A stretch of 64,000 bases of DNA from an uncultured Clostridia bacterium (GCA_934167175.1 CAKPKF010000006.1:3069-67068); one strand, 5' to 3'; counted from the stretch's first letter, positions 40,727 to 51,344 are shown. Translations and numbers: made by a program. Notes: a model not told the origin generated them from the letters alone.

Positions 40727-42424
40727 ATGGGTGGAAAAATGAAAATAATTGGAAAAAAAATAAGTAAAAGATTATTAATAAATACTTTGGTTGTTATTAT
40801 ATTTATATTATTTATAGCATTTATATTGAGTATTGCACCAAATTATATTAGAAATGAAATAAAAGATAAAACGAATTTGATTATTAATAATAATAATGTA
40901 ACTGCTAAATTAAAAAAAGATGTAATAATAGATGATAGTGGAAATGTATTTATATCTAAAGAAGATGCTACAAATTATTTTGATAAATACTTAGATTATG
41001 ATAAAGATACAAAAAATATAGTAACAACATCAGATACAAAGGTAGCAAAATTGAAATTAGATGATAGAATTATAAAAGTAAATGGAACAGAAACAAAAAT
41101 GGCAGTTGCACCAATTGAGAAAAATGGAACAATATATTTACCTTTTTCGGAAATGGAAAAAGTATATAATATTGATTTAAACTATATAAAAGACACTAAT
41201 AGAGTTATAATAGATTCGCTAGATAGAGAGTTTATTACTGTAAATAGTAGAAAAAATTTGAAAGTAAAATATAAAGATAAAAAATTATCAAGTACAGTCG
41301 AGAAAATAAAAAAAGGTGACGAATTAGTCTGGATATCAAAAGGAGATAATGATTGGGTAAAAGTAAGAACAAAAAATGGAAAAATAGGATATATAAAAGA
41401 AAAGGATACAGCAAACCAAATATATGTTAGGCAGAAAATGGAAGAAAAAAATAAAGTGAATGGGAAAGTTAATCTTGTTTGGGACTATTATTCAGAATAT
41501 GTAAAAGCACCAAACAGAGAAGGAACATCAATAGATGGAGTTAATGTTGTCTCACCAGCATTTTTCTCACTAGAAAAAGAAGGAAAAGGTAATATTGTAG
41601 AAAACATAGGTGATGAAGGAAGAGCATATATTGAATGGGCAAAAGCAAATAAATATCAAATATGGCCTATGGTTTCAAATAATTCATTAAAAGAAACAAC
41701 AACAGAAATTATGAAGAGCGAAGAATTAAGAGAAAATTTAATAGACAATATAGTAAGAGAAGCAGTTCAGTATGAACTAGATGGAATAAACATTGATTTT
41801 GAAAATATGTATAGTGAAGATAAAGATTTATTCTCTAAATTTATAATTGAGTTAGCACCAAGACTAAAAGATTGTGGAATAATACTTTCTGTTGATGTAA
41901 CAGCACCAGACGGAAGTGAGACATGGTCTTTATGTTTTGATAGAAACATAATTGGAGATGTAGCAGACTATATAGTATTTATGGCATATGATCAATATGG
42001 AATTTCAAGTAAAACACCAGGAACTACAGCAGGATATAATTGGGTAGAAACAAATATCAATAAATTCTTAAATCAGGAAGATGTAAAAAAAGAAAAAATA
42101 ATTTTAGGCATACCATTATACACAAGAATGTGGAAAGAAACAGATGGAAAAATTACAAGTTCAGTTGTAAATATGAACCAAATAGAGGAAAACCTACCTC
42201 CAGAATCTACAGTAGAAAGAAAATGGAATGATGAACTAAAACAATACTATGTAGAATATAAAATGAATAATACGGTATATAGAATGTGGATAGAAGATGA
42301 GAAATCTATTACTGAAAAATTAAATTTAATAAAAAAATATGAATTAGCAGGAGCAGCTTTTTGGGAAAAAGACAGAGAAACTGAGAATGTATGGCAAATC
42401 ACAAAAAATATATTAAAAGATTAG
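40727..42424 (+). CDS. Membrane-anchored GH18 glycoside hydrolase (YaaH/YdhD-like) with stalk and SH3b-like domains
   Basis: N-terminal TM, a copper-amine-oxidase-N-like segment (NGTIYLPFSEMEKVYNI), an SH3b-like segment (DWVKVRTKNGKIGYIKEKD) and the GH18 catalytic motif LDGINIDFE. The start is ambiguous (40727 or 40739). Confidence 0.75.
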   Translation: MGGKMKIIGKKISKRLLINTLVVIIFILFIAFILSIAPNYIRNEIKDKTNLIINNNNVTAKLKKDVIIDDSGNVFISKEDATNYFDKYLDYDKDTKNIVTTSDTKVAKLKLDDRIIKVNGTETKMAVAPIEKNGTIYLPFSEMEKVYNIDLNYIKDTNRVIIDSLDREFITVNSRKNLKVKYKDKKLSSTVEKIKKGDELVWISKGDNDWVKVRTKNGKIGYIKEKDTANQIYVRQKMEEKNKVNGKVNLVWDYYSEYVKAPNREGTSIDGVNVVSPAFFSLEKEGKGNIVENIGDEGRAYIEWAKANKYQIWPMVSNNSLKETTTEIMKSEELRENLIDNIVREAVQYELDGINIDFENMYSEDKDLFSKFIIELAPRLKDCGIILSVDVTAPDGSETWSLCFDRNIIGDVADYIVFMAYDQYGISSKTPGTTAGYNWVETNINKFLNQEDVKKEKIILGIPLYTRMWKETDGKITSSVVNMNQIEENLPPESTVERKWNDELKQYYVEYKMNNTVYRMWIEDEKSITEKLNLIKKYELAGAAFWEKDRETENVWQITKNILKD

Positions 42425-42602
42425 TCATAAAAAAAGGTGTACTCAATATAAATAAAATAAAGTGAATTAAATATAATTCACTTTATTTTTTATAAGAAAG
42501 TAATTCTGATTTTATAATACATAAAAATAACATTATAATAATTTACGAAAAGTTAAATTTGTTATAGTATTATTAAGTTTTTTATATAAAGAAGGTGTTT
42601 GG

Positions 42603-43550
42603 TTGTATAAATTTGCATATATAAAATTTGCTGATAGCAAAGAAGAGTTAGTAGGTAACTTAAATATAGTAAATAAAACAAAATTTCTGGTAAAAAAAAT
42701 ATGTTATACACCAACAATAAAAATATTTGAGAATAAAAAAATATATATATTCCCAAGGAATAAATTCTATAATATAGCAAGAACAGAAAAAATAACAAAT
42801 AAATTAGCCAAAGAACTTAAAGAAAAGCAAATAGATAACATTATAATATGTAAAGAACTAAATAAGAATGATATGTTTAAAAACATTATATACAGTAACA
42901 ATATAGATATATTAGATGGGAAGTGGTTATATAATTTTTTATTGTATGATATATTAATGTATATTTTAATTCAAAAAAAAATGAAAATTGAAAAACAGGA
43001 AATACATATATTAATAAACGATACATCGGATATAAAACTGAGCAATATAATAAAATTTGCAAAAATATGTAAAAGAGTAAATATAATTACAAATAACCCA
43101 AGTAGATTCAAAAATATAGAAAATAAGCTATATGATGATTATGGAATAATATTAGCGATAAATAATAACAAAAAGAAAAGCCTTCTAAATGCAAAAATAA
43201 TTTTAAATATTGATTTTCCAGAAGAAATAATAAATAAATATAATATTTACAGAAAAGCAATAATTGTAAATGTTAGAGATGAAATTAAAATATATTCAAA
43301 AGGATTTGAAGGAATAAGTATAATAAATTATCAAATCACATTAAATAAAAAACATAAGGAATTGCTAAAAAAATATAATTTGTATGATGATTTTGAAAAT
43401 AATGTGTTATATGAAAGTCTTATATATAGAAAGGATAACGTTAAAAATATTATAAAACAAATAAAAAATGATGAGGTAAAAATTTCTAATTTATTGGGAA
43501 AAAGAGGAATAATCAACACAGAGGAATATAAAAGTGTAAAAAAATGTTAA
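42603..43550 (+). CDS. Hypothetical 315-aa protein
   Basis: Long ORF with a TTG start after gaaggtg. No family recognised. Confidence 0.45.
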   Translation: MYKFAYIKFADSKEELVGNLNIVNKTKFLVKKICYTPTIKIFENKKIYIFPRNKFYNIARTEKITNKLAKELKEKQIDNIIICKELNKNDMFKNIIYSNNIDILDGKWLYNFLLYDILMYILIQKKMKIEKQEIHILINDTSDIKLSNIIKFAKICKRVNIITNNPSRFKNIENKLYDDYGIILAINNNKKKSLLNAKIILNIDFPEEIINKYNIYRKAIIVNVRDEIKIYSKGFEGISIINYQITLNKKHKELLKKYNLYDDFENNVLYESLIYRKDNVKNIIKQIKNDEVKISNLLGKRGIINTEEYKSVKKC

Positions 43551-43605
43551 AAGTATGTATCACTATTTGACAATAATAAAAAATATAAAAAATTACGTAT
43601 ATAAC

Positions 43606-43634
43606 TTGACAAAATTAAAATAGTGCCTTAATAT
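43606..43634 (+). promoter_or_regulatory. Putative promoter of greA
   Basis: TTGACA, 17-nt spacer, TAATAT. Confidence 0.55.
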
Positions 43635-43674
43635 AGGAGAATAGAATATAATTACTTAAAGAGGAGGTCAAAAA

Positions 43675-44151
43675 ATGGAGGACAAAGAAGTATTATTAAC
43701 ACAAGAAGGATATGACAAATTGGAGGCAGAATTAGAATATTTAAAAACTGAAAAGAGAACTGAAATATCAGAACGTATAAAAGTTGCATTAGGTTTTGGA
43801 GATTTATCAGAAAATTCTGAATATGATGAAGCAAAAAATGCACAAGCAAATAATGAAATGAAAATAGCAGGATTGGAAAATAAATTAAGATATGCAAAGA
43901 TAATAGATGAGTCTGAAATAGATACTAAGACTGTTCAAGTAGGAAATACAGTAAAAGTACTAGATATGGAATACAATGAAGAGTTAGAATATACAATAGT
44001 AGGTTCAACAGAAGTTAATTTAGCAGAAAATAAAATATCTAATGAATCTCCGATAGGAGCAGCTCTACTAGGAGCAAAGAAAAATCAAATAGTAGAAGCT
44101 AAAGCACCAGCAGGAATACTAAAATATAAAGTATTATCAATAAAAAAATAA
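43675..44151 (+). CDS. greA: Transcription elongation factor GreA
   Basis: Conserved GreA sequence ([30 protein letters not shown]). Confidence 0.95.
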   Translation: MEDKEVLLTQEGYDKLEAELEYLKTEKRTEISERIKVALGFGDLSENSEYDEAKNAQANNEMKIAGLENKLRYAKIIDESEIDTKTVQVGNTVKVLDMEYNEELEYTIVGSTEVNLAENKISNESPIGAALLGAKKNQIVEAKAPAGILKYKVLSIKK

Positions 44152-44180
44152 ACTATACTTAAGTATAGTTTATTTTTTTA
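44150..44180 (+). terminator. Rho-independent terminator of greA
   Basis: Palindrome aaactatactt/aagtatagttt followed by a T-run. Confidence 0.75.
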
Positions 44181-44191
44181 TTGATTTAAGT

Positions 44192-44236
44192 AAAAAGCAA
44201 AGAAAAAATTTTAATTTTTCTTTGCTTTTTGTTTTT
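44192..44236 (-). terminator. Terminator of the aminotransferase gene, bidirectional in appearance
   Basis: 15-bp stem aaaagcaaagaaaaa/tttttctttgctttt. Confidence 0.7.
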
Positions 44237-45111
44237 TAAATTTTATATCCATCTGTTCTAGTAATAGTTTTAAATGCTTGTCCTAATTTTTTCGTAATTG
44301 GACCACAAATACCATCACCAATTGTTCTATCATCAATATTAGTAACAGCTATTAATTCAGCAGCACTTCCAGAGAAGAAACATTCATCAGCAGAATAAAC
44401 ATTGAATAATGTGAATTCTTTCTCATAAATAGGAACATTAAGTTCTTTACAAATTTCAAATACACCTTTTCTTGTAATGCCATCTAATATACCAACATGG
44501 ATAGGTGGAGTATATATTACACCATCTTTTACTATAAATATGTTATCACCAGTACATTCTGTTACTATGCCATCTTCGTTTAGCATAATAGCTTCAGATG
44601 CACCAGCACGGTTTGCTTCTATTTTTGCTAAAATATTGTTTAAATAATTTAATGATTTTATTTGTGGATCAACTATTGTTGCTTTATTTCTTCTTTGTGA
44701 AGAAGTAATAGCTGTCATTCCTTTTTCATAAACTTCTTCAGGGTACATTTGTATAGCTCCTGCGATACAAATAATTTCAGGTTTTTTACATACATCTGGG
44801 TCAAGTCCAAGATCACCAATACCTCTTGTAACTATTAATCTGATGTATCCATTCTTAAGATTATTTTTTCTACAGCTTTCAGCTACAATTTCTGTCATTT
44901 CATCTTTTGAAACAGGGATTTCTAATCTTATAGCTTTAGCAGCATTATATAGTCTGTCCATATGTTCTTTACATTTAAAAATAATGCCATCATAGAGTCT
45001 AATGCCTTCAAAAATTCCATCTCCATATAGAACGCCTCTATCGAAAACTGAAATTTTAGCTTCGTCCTTTTCAAAAAATTCTCCATTAATGTAAACGTAT
45101 TGTTTGTCCAT
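44236..45111 (-). CDS. ilvE: Class IV (branched-chain amino acid / D-amino acid) aminotransferase
   Basis: Fold-type IV PLP enzyme sequence (VFDRGVLYGDGIFEGIR, YIRLIVTRG). The BCAT versus Dat assignment is not resolved. Confidence 0.75.
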   Translation of the reverse strand: MDKQYVYINGEFFEKDEAKISVFDRGVLYGDGIFEGIRLYDGIIFKCKEHMDRLYNAAKAIRLEIPVSKDEMTEIVAESCRKNNLKNGYIRLIVTRGIGDLGLDPDVCKKPEIICIAGAIQMYPEEVYEKGMTAITSSQRRNKATIVDPQIKSLNYLNNILAKIEANRAGASEAIMLNEDGIVTECTGDNIFIVKDGVIYTPPIHVGILDGITRKGVFEICKELNVPIYEKEFTLFNVYSADECFFSGSAAELIAVTNIDDRTIGDGICGPITKKLGQAFKTITRTDGYKI

Positions 45112-45337
45112 AAACTCAACTCCTTTAATTTAATTATTTATCATATTATGTATTATATGAATTCACAATATATTATCATATCGAAAAAGTTATGTCAAAT
45201 TTGATTTTATAATAATTATATGGTATAATGTGGAAATGTGATAAAAAAATGAGATATTATAAAATATTAGTGATTTTTAGAAAAATTTAAGAAAATATGG
45301 TTAGTCTAAAAATGTATTGATAAGAGTGGAGGAATTT

Positions 45338-46894
45338 GTGAAAAAAGAATTAAAATTTGAAGAGTTGAATCTATCAAAAGAATTAAAAAGGGCACTTGAA
45401 GAAAACGGGTATAAAGTTGCAACAGAGATACAACAAAAATCTATACCACATATTATAGAAGGAAGAGACATAATAGGACAATCAAAAACAGGTACAGGTA
45501 AAACAGCATCATATGGGTTGCCAATTATTGAGAAAATAAATCCAGATAATAAAAAGGTACAAACAATTATATTATGTCCTACTAGAGAATTGGCTGTGCA
45601 AGTATCAGAAGAAATGAGAAAATTTTTGAAATACAAAGAAGGAATAAAGTGTTACGCAATTTATGGTGGACAACCAATAGAGAAACAAATAATGGCATTA
45701 AAGAAAGGAGTACAAATAGTTATAGGAACTCCAGGTAGAGTTATGGATCATATGAGAAGAAAAACTTTAAAATTAGATAATGTAAAAATATGTGTACTAG
45801 ATGAAGCAGATGAAATGCTTAATATGGGATTTGAAGAAGATATAAATACAATATTGAAAAAAGTTCCAGAGAATAGGCAAACTGTTTTATTTTCAGCAAC
45901 TATGAGTAAAAAAATATTAGAAATAGCAAAAAAATATTTAAAAAATCCAGTAAGTGTAAAAATAAAAGCAGAAGAGTTAACCGTAAATAATATAAAGCAG
46001 ATATCAATTAATATAAAAGAATGTATGAAAGATGAAGGACTAATGAGATTAATAGAAGCATATAATCCTAAAAAAGTCATAGTGTTTTGCAATACAAAGA
46101 AAAAAGTAGATAATTTAATAGAAACTTTAAAATTGAAAAATTATAAGGCAGAAGCATTGCATGGGGATATAAAACAAAGTCAAAGAGACAGAATAATGAA
46201 AAGACTAAAGAATGGAGAGTTTCAAATTTTAGTTGCTACAGATGTTGTTGCAAGAGGTATAGATATACAAGATCTAGAATTAGTTATAAATTATGATGTG
46301 CCTCAAGAAGAGGAATATTATGTTCATAGAATAGGTAGAACAGGAAGAAATGGAAATACAGGAAAGGCATTTACATTTGTTGTAGGAAAAGAAAAGAACA
46401 AAATTAACAGCATACAAAAATATGCAAATACTAAAATAGAAGTGGGAAAAATTCCTACTATAAACGAAATCAAAAAAATAAAAAATGAGAAACTAATAAA
46501 TAAAATACAAGATATAATAGATAGTGATGCTGAAAATAATACTAACAACGAAGTGTTAAATGTGCTATTAGAAAAAAACAAAGATGTTAATGTAGTAACA
46601 AAGGCATTATGGACTTTAGTAGTTGGAAAACAAGAAGAACAAAAAGAAATAAAACAAGAAAATGTAAAGATATTTTTAAATTTAGGAAGAAAAGATAAAA
46701 TAATGGTAAAAGACATATTAGGTAGTATTTCTTCAAATGTAGCTATCTCAAGTTCAGAAATAGGAAAAATAAATATACTAGATAAATTTTCGTTCATAGA
46801 AATTCCTGGAGAATATATAGATGATGTGTTAACAGGAATGAAAGGAAAACAAATAAAAGGAAAAAACTGTAGTCTAGAAATTGCAAATGGATAG
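45338..46894 (+). CDS. DEAD-box ATP-dependent RNA helicase with a DbpA-type C-terminal RNA-binding domain
   Basis: Motifs GQSKTGTGKT, DEAD, SAT and HRIGRTGR. GTG start after ggagga. Confidence 0.9.
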   Translation: MKKELKFEELNLSKELKRALEENGYKVATEIQQKSIPHIIEGRDIIGQSKTGTGKTASYGLPIIEKINPDNKKVQTIILCPTRELAVQVSEEMRKFLKYKEGIKCYAIYGGQPIEKQIMALKKGVQIVIGTPGRVMDHMRRKTLKLDNVKICVLDEADEMLNMGFEEDINTILKKVPENRQTVLFSATMSKKILEIAKKYLKNPVSVKIKAEELTVNNIKQISINIKECMKDEGLMRLIEAYNPKKVIVFCNTKKKVDNLIETLKLKNYKAEALHGDIKQSQRDRIMKRLKNGEFQILVATDVVARGIDIQDLELVINYDVPQEEEYYVHRIGRTGRNGNTGKAFTFVVGKEKNKINSIQKYANTKIEVGKIPTINEIKKIKNEKLINKIQDIIDSDAENNTNNEVLNVLLEKNKDVNVVTKALWTLVVGKQEEQKEIKQENVKIFLNLGRKDKIMVKDILGSISSNVAISSSEIGKINILDKFSFIEIPGEYIDDVLTGMKGKQIKGKNCSLEIANG

Positions 46895-46921
46895 TAAAAA
46901 AATAGAAGGATGATATGAAAT

Positions 46922-48229
46922 ATGAGGGTTGATAAAGCAAGAGAAATTGCATTAAAATGTTTATATAAAGTAGAAAAACAAGAAGCATATTCAAATATTA
47001 TTTTAGACAAAGAAATAGAAAAAAATAGAGAATTTTTAAATATGAAAGATATAGGATTAATATCTGAATTAGTATATGGGGTAACAACATGGAAATTGAC
47101 AATAGATTATATTATACAAAAATATTCTAAAATTAAGTTAAAAAAAATATCAGATTGGATAATAAATATTTTAAGAATAGGAGTATATCAAATAATATTT
47201 TTAGATAAAATCCCAAAATCAGCAGCAGTAAATGAAAGTGTTATATTAACAAAAAAATACGGAATTAAATCAGTAAGTTTTGTTAATGCTATACTAAGAA
47301 AGATTGATAAAGATGATTTTGAAGAAGTAAAAAATATTAAAGATGCAAAACAAAGAATATCTATAAGTACTTCAATGCCATTGTGGCTTGTAGAAGAATT
47401 ATCAAAATATCATGAACTAGAAAAAGTAGAGGAAATATGTTTAGCTAGCAATTTAAAACCAGATATAACTATAAGAGTAAATAAATTGAAAATATCAAAA
47501 AAAGATTTTATAAATAAATTAAAAGAGATGAATATTGATTATGAAGAATGTGAACTTGAGAACTTTTTAAAACTGAAAAAATTGAAAAATATTTCGAATT
47601 TGGAATTGTTTAAAAAAGGATATTTTACTATTCAAGATGAATCTGCTGGATTACCAGTAGTTGTGTTGAATCCAAAGAAAAAAGAGTGTATTCTAGATGC
47701 TTGTAGTGCACCTGGGGGAAAAACAACACAAATGGCAGAGATGATGGAAAATGAGGGTGAGATTATTGCATGGGATTTGTACAAAGAAAGGTTAAGTCTA
47801 GTAAAGCAAAATGCTGAAAGATTGGGGATAAAAATTATAAAAACTGAAGAAAAAAATTCAAGTAAATTAGATGAAAAGTATATAGAAAAATTTGATAAAA
47901 TATTATTAGATGTACCATGTTTAGGTATTGGAGTAATAAGAAGAAAGCCAGATATAAAATGGAAAAGAAAAAAAGAAGATATAAATGAAATTTGCAAAAT
48001 TCAATTAGAAATATTGCATACATGCTCTAAGTATTTAAAAAAAGGAGGATGTTTAGTATATTCTACATGTAGTATTTTAGAAGAAGAAAATCAAAAAATA
48101 ATAGAAAAATTTATAAAAAATGGCAAATTCAAATTGTCGAATATAGGCGAAAAATCTTGTGGAAGTATAACAAGATATCCAAATAAAAATTACGATGGAT
48201 TTTTTGTTTGCAAATTAGAAAAACTATAA
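46922..48229 (+). CDS. rsmB: 16S rRNA (cytosine967-C5)-methyltransferase RsmB (NusB-like N-domain plus a methyltransferase domain)
   Basis: DACSAPGGKT SAM motif and catalytic Cys motifs (DVPC, YSTCS). Confidence 0.88.
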   Translation: MRVDKAREIALKCLYKVEKQEAYSNIILDKEIEKNREFLNMKDIGLISELVYGVTTWKLTIDYIIQKYSKIKLKKISDWIINILRIGVYQIIFLDKIPKSAAVNESVILTKKYGIKSVSFVNAILRKIDKDDFEEVKNIKDAKQRISISTSMPLWLVEELSKYHELEKVEEICLASNLKPDITIRVNKLKISKKDFINKLKEMNIDYEECELENFLKLKKLKNISNLELFKKGYFTIQDESAGLPVVVLNPKKKECILDACSAPGGKTTQMAEMMENEGEIIAWDLYKERLSLVKQNAERLGIKIIKTEEKNSSKLDEKYIEKFDKILLDVPCLGIGVIRRKPDIKWKRKKEDINEICKIQLEILHTCSKYLKKGGCLVYSTCSILEEENQKIIEKFIKNGKFKLSNIGEKSCGSITRYPNKNYDGFFVCKLEKL

Positions 48230-48230
48230 G

Positions 48231-48290
48231 AAACTGTAACAGAATTGTAATATTACAAAAATATTACAATTCTGTTACAGTTTTATTGCT
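48231..48290 (+). terminator. Very long perfect hairpin terminator after rsmB
   Basis: 23-bp perfect stem (aaactgtaacagaattgtaatat / atattacaattctgttacagttt), 7-nt loop, then a T-run. Confidence 0.8.
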
Positions 48291-48294
48291 TATA

Positions 48295-48322
48295 TTGACT
48301 TTTGTAAAAAATAGAATAAAAT
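48295..48322 (+). promoter_or_regulatory. Putative promoter of the pil cluster
   Basis: TTGACT, 16-nt spacer, TAAAAT. Confidence 0.4.
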
Positions 48323-48449
48323 ATACACATAGAAAAATGTAAATTGCAAAATAAAACCAAAAAATACAAGTATTAAATTCAAAAATTTACAGATTATAAT
48401 AAAGAAAAACAATAGATGATAAAATATAATAGAACAAAGGAGAAATAAA

Positions 48450-50075
48450 ATGCCAAGTTGCTTAGGATTATATATTGAAAATAATATAATTAAATATGCT
48501 AAAGTAGTTAAAGACAACAATACATTTAAAGTAGAGTCATTTGGCATGAAGTTTTATGATAAATTAAATGAAACAATAAGTCAAATTATAGCAGAAACTT
48601 ATAGTTACAAAACGCCGATAGTAACCAACTTATCAGATGAATTTTATAACTATTTTTATATGTTTAGTTTATTAAATAAAAATGACTTACAAAAAGCAAT
48701 AGCTACAGAATTTGAATCATTATGTTATGATAAAGGTTATAATATAGATGCACTAGAAAAAAGATTTATTATAGTGGATGGAAAAGCAGGAAATGAAAAG
48801 GTAAAAGTAATACATGTAGCGGCAAACAAAGCAGAAATAGCTAGAAAAATTCAACAATTGGATGGACACAAAATAAAAGAAATTGTCCCATTAGGAATGA
48901 CTATATCAAATTTAGTGGATATATCTAAAAAGGAAAATTTTGCAATAGTAAATATAGAAGATAAAACTAGTATTACAATAGTTATAGATAAAAAAATAGT
49001 AAATGTACAACTTATAGATGAAGGAACAGAAGAGATATTAAGAAAAATTAATTTAAAAGAAAATTCATATACAAAAGCATATGAAATATGTAAAAATACG
49101 ACAATATATACAAATGAAGGACAAGAATTGCAAGATGATATCGAAACAGAATATAATGCATATTTGGACTATATAATGCCAACATTATATTCAATTGTAG
49201 GAAAAACAAGAAAATTAATCAATGAATTAGAAGAAAAAGTTGATAAAGTATATATAACAGGAACGGCATCTGCTATAAACAACATAGATTTATATTTTCA
49301 AGAATATTTGAAAAATGTAGAATGCACAATCTTAAAACCATATTTTATAACTAAAGTTGGAAAAAAAATCAATATAAAAGATTATATTGAAGTTAATTCA
49401 GCAATTGCATTAGGTATGCAGGGATTAGGAGAAGGTTTAAAAAATATTAATTTTAAAAAGTCTAGTATAATGGACAAATTGCCAGAATGGCTTACATTGG
49501 ATGTAGGAAGCTTGAATTTGAAAAATGTAAATTTAAAAGCACCTTCATTAGATTTTAAAGGTTCATTGGATGCAATTGAAAGAAATATGGTAAGGACAAT
49601 AAGCGCAATACTAATTACAATAATAGCATATTCAGCATTTTCAATGATAACAAAAAAACAAATAGATAATAAGGCACAAGAAATACAAGATGCAACTACA
49701 GAAACAAATAAACAAATAAGCCTAGCACAAGCAGATAGTTCAAGATTACAAACAATAACAAGCAAGTACGAAACAAAAATTCAAAATATAAATGATATAA
49801 ATTCTAAAAAAGCAAGTAAATCACAAAATAGAAATGCAATACCAAATTTGTTGAATCAAATAATGACAATAATACCTAAGAATGTTCAAATAACTTCAAT
49901 AGAAAATACTAGCGGAACAAAAATAGTAATTAATGCTCAAGCAGAAAAATATGAACAATTAGGATATTTTAAAGCTAAACTAAAAACACAAATGATACTA
50001 ACAAATGTTACTTCTACAAGCGGTGTTAAACAAGATAATCTTGTAAAAATTACGATAGAAGGTGATTTACCATGA
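48450..50075 (+). CDS. pilM: Type IV pilus assembly protein, a PilM-PilN fusion
   Basis: Actin-like PilM N-terminal part (CLGLYIENNIIKYAKV) fused to a TM helix plus a PilN-like periplasmic part. It overlaps pilO (ATGA). Confidence 0.7.
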   Translation: MPSCLGLYIENNIIKYAKVVKDNNTFKVESFGMKFYDKLNETISQIIAETYSYKTPIVTNLSDEFYNYFYMFSLLNKNDLQKAIATEFESLCYDKGYNIDALEKRFIIVDGKAGNEKVKVIHVAANKAEIARKIQQLDGHKIKEIVPLGMTISNLVDISKKENFAIVNIEDKTSITIVIDKKIVNVQLIDEGTEEILRKINLKENSYTKAYEICKNTTIYTNEGQELQDDIETEYNAYLDYIMPTLYSIVGKTRKLINELEEKVDKVYITGTASAINNIDLYFQEYLKNVECTILKPYFITKVGKKINIKDYIEVNSAIALGMQGLGEGLKNINFKKSSIMDKLPEWLTLDVGSLNLKNVNLKAPSLDFKGSLDAIERNMVRTISAILITIIAYSAFSMITKKQIDNKAQEIQDATTETNKQISLAQADSSRLQTITSKYETKIQNINDINSKKASKSQNRNAIPNLLNQIMTIIPKNVQITSIENTSGTKIVINAQAEKYEQLGYFKAKLKTQMILTNVTSTSGVKQDNLVKITIEGDLP

Positions 50076-50803
50076 GAAAAATATTAATTAGTGCTTTATC
50101 AGTAATTTTACTAGCATTATTAGCTGTTACTATGGTAAAAGGAGTTCATATAAAAAATTTCAATATACTGAGTATAGCAGAAATAAAAAATGAAAGAGAT
50201 AATTTAGATAAATCACTACAAAATTTAAGAGCACTTACAGCTACGAAATATCCGAATACAGTTGAACAATTAAATAATAATGCTAAAGTTCTTTTAGAAA
50301 AAAAAGAGGAATATTCAAATTTAGTATTCTTTAGTAGTGATGAAGAAGTAAGAAAAGCAAATAGTTATGAAAATTATGAAATGGAGTATTTGTGGTCTAA
50401 GATAGGAAATCATGCTACTAAACATGGTGTTGTATTGGACTTTAAAGTAATGAATAAATCAAATAATAATTCAACTACGGCAGGAAGTTTAAAATATTAT
50501 GATTTGAACTTTGTTGTAACAGGTGCATATGTACCAATTACTGATTTTATTTCTTCAATAGAAAATGATCAATCATTAGGGTTCAGGATCGAAAACTTTA
50601 AATTAATACCAAGCGATAACAATAATTCATTACAAGGAAGCTTTACGGTTAGGGATGTCGCAATAGATATAGATTCTGCAACACAACAAACAGACAACAA
50701 CAGTAGTAAGAATAAAGAAACAAAAAATAATACAAACAATACAACAAATACAAACAATGAAAAGAGTGCAACAAATACAACAAACAATACAACTCAGCAA
50801 TAA
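50072..50803 (+). CDS. pilO: Type IV pilus assembly protein PilO-like, with an Asn/Thr-rich tail
   Basis: TM helix, coiled coil, then a ferredoxin-like segment (YDLNFVVTGAYVPITDFISSIEN). Position follows pilMN. Confidence 0.6.
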   Translation: MRKILISALSVILLALLAVTMVKGVHIKNFNILSIAEIKNERDNLDKSLQNLRALTATKYPNTVEQLNNNAKVLLEKKEEYSNLVFFSSDEEVRKANSYENYEMEYLWSKIGNHATKHGVVLDFKVMNKSNNNSTTAGSLKYYDLNFVVTGAYVPITDFISSIENDQSLGFRIENFKLIPSDNNNSLQGSFTVRDVAIDIDSATQQTDNNSSKNKETKNNTNNTTNTNNEKSATNTTNNTTQQ

Positions 50804-50879
50804 AATAATACAATATATATAGAAAAACAAAAAATATTGCACCAAAACAATAAATTATAGAGAAGGAGAAATTCAAAAT

Positions 50880-51344
50880 ATGGCAAAATCAATAATAAAA
50901 GAAATTATAATTATATTGTTATTAGTAATTGCAATCATATTGGCATTAGGAGTATTATTTTATGATTATATCCCAACAAGGGAAGTAGTGCCAGTACCAG
51001 AAAAATATACAGTTCCAGATACAATAAAAGAAGAATTAGCATCTGAAGTATCAGATTTGGATAATACACCAGTTGCTAATTATGAAATTACAGAATCAGA
51101 TTTGGATTTATATGAAAAAACTAAAAGTTATGACGCTGGAAAGGTAAATCCATTTTCAAGTACCGCTATAACTTCAACAGATACAGGAAAACCAGCTAAT
51201 AGCAGTGGAACAAGTAATAATACTACTACCACAAATGAAAACAATACAACCAATGACAAAAATAGCAATAAGCAGGAAAAAAATCCGATAACAGGTGAAA
51301 CAAACGTGACAGGAACAATATATGAAGATACTGGAAAAAAATAA
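50880..51344 (+). CDS. Membrane-anchored pilus-cluster protein with an NPF motif and an Asn/Thr-rich tail (possible PilP analogue)
   Basis: N-terminal TM, GKVNPFSS motif, and position between pilO and pilA. Confidence 0.4.
   Translation: MAKSIIKEIIIILLLVIAIILALGVLFYDYIPTREVVPVPEKYTVPDTIKEELASEVSDLDNTPVANYEITESDLDLYEKTKSYDAGKVNPFSSTAITSTDTGKPANSSGTSNNTTTTNENNTTNDKNSNKQEKNPITGETNVTGTIYEDTGKK

Noticed and set aside
48291-48449. Possible c-di-GMP riboswitch upstream of the pilus genes, as known for some clostridial pilA genes
   Set aside because: The region is short and almost pure A/T, with no GC-paired helices or conserved core visible.
50690-51300. Repetitive aat/aca-rich DNA that looks like a tandem repeat array
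   Set aside because: It is in-frame Asn/Thr-rich low-complexity coding sequence at the ends of pilO and the next gene. It is not a repeat array or a CRISPR, because there are no regularly spaced identical units.
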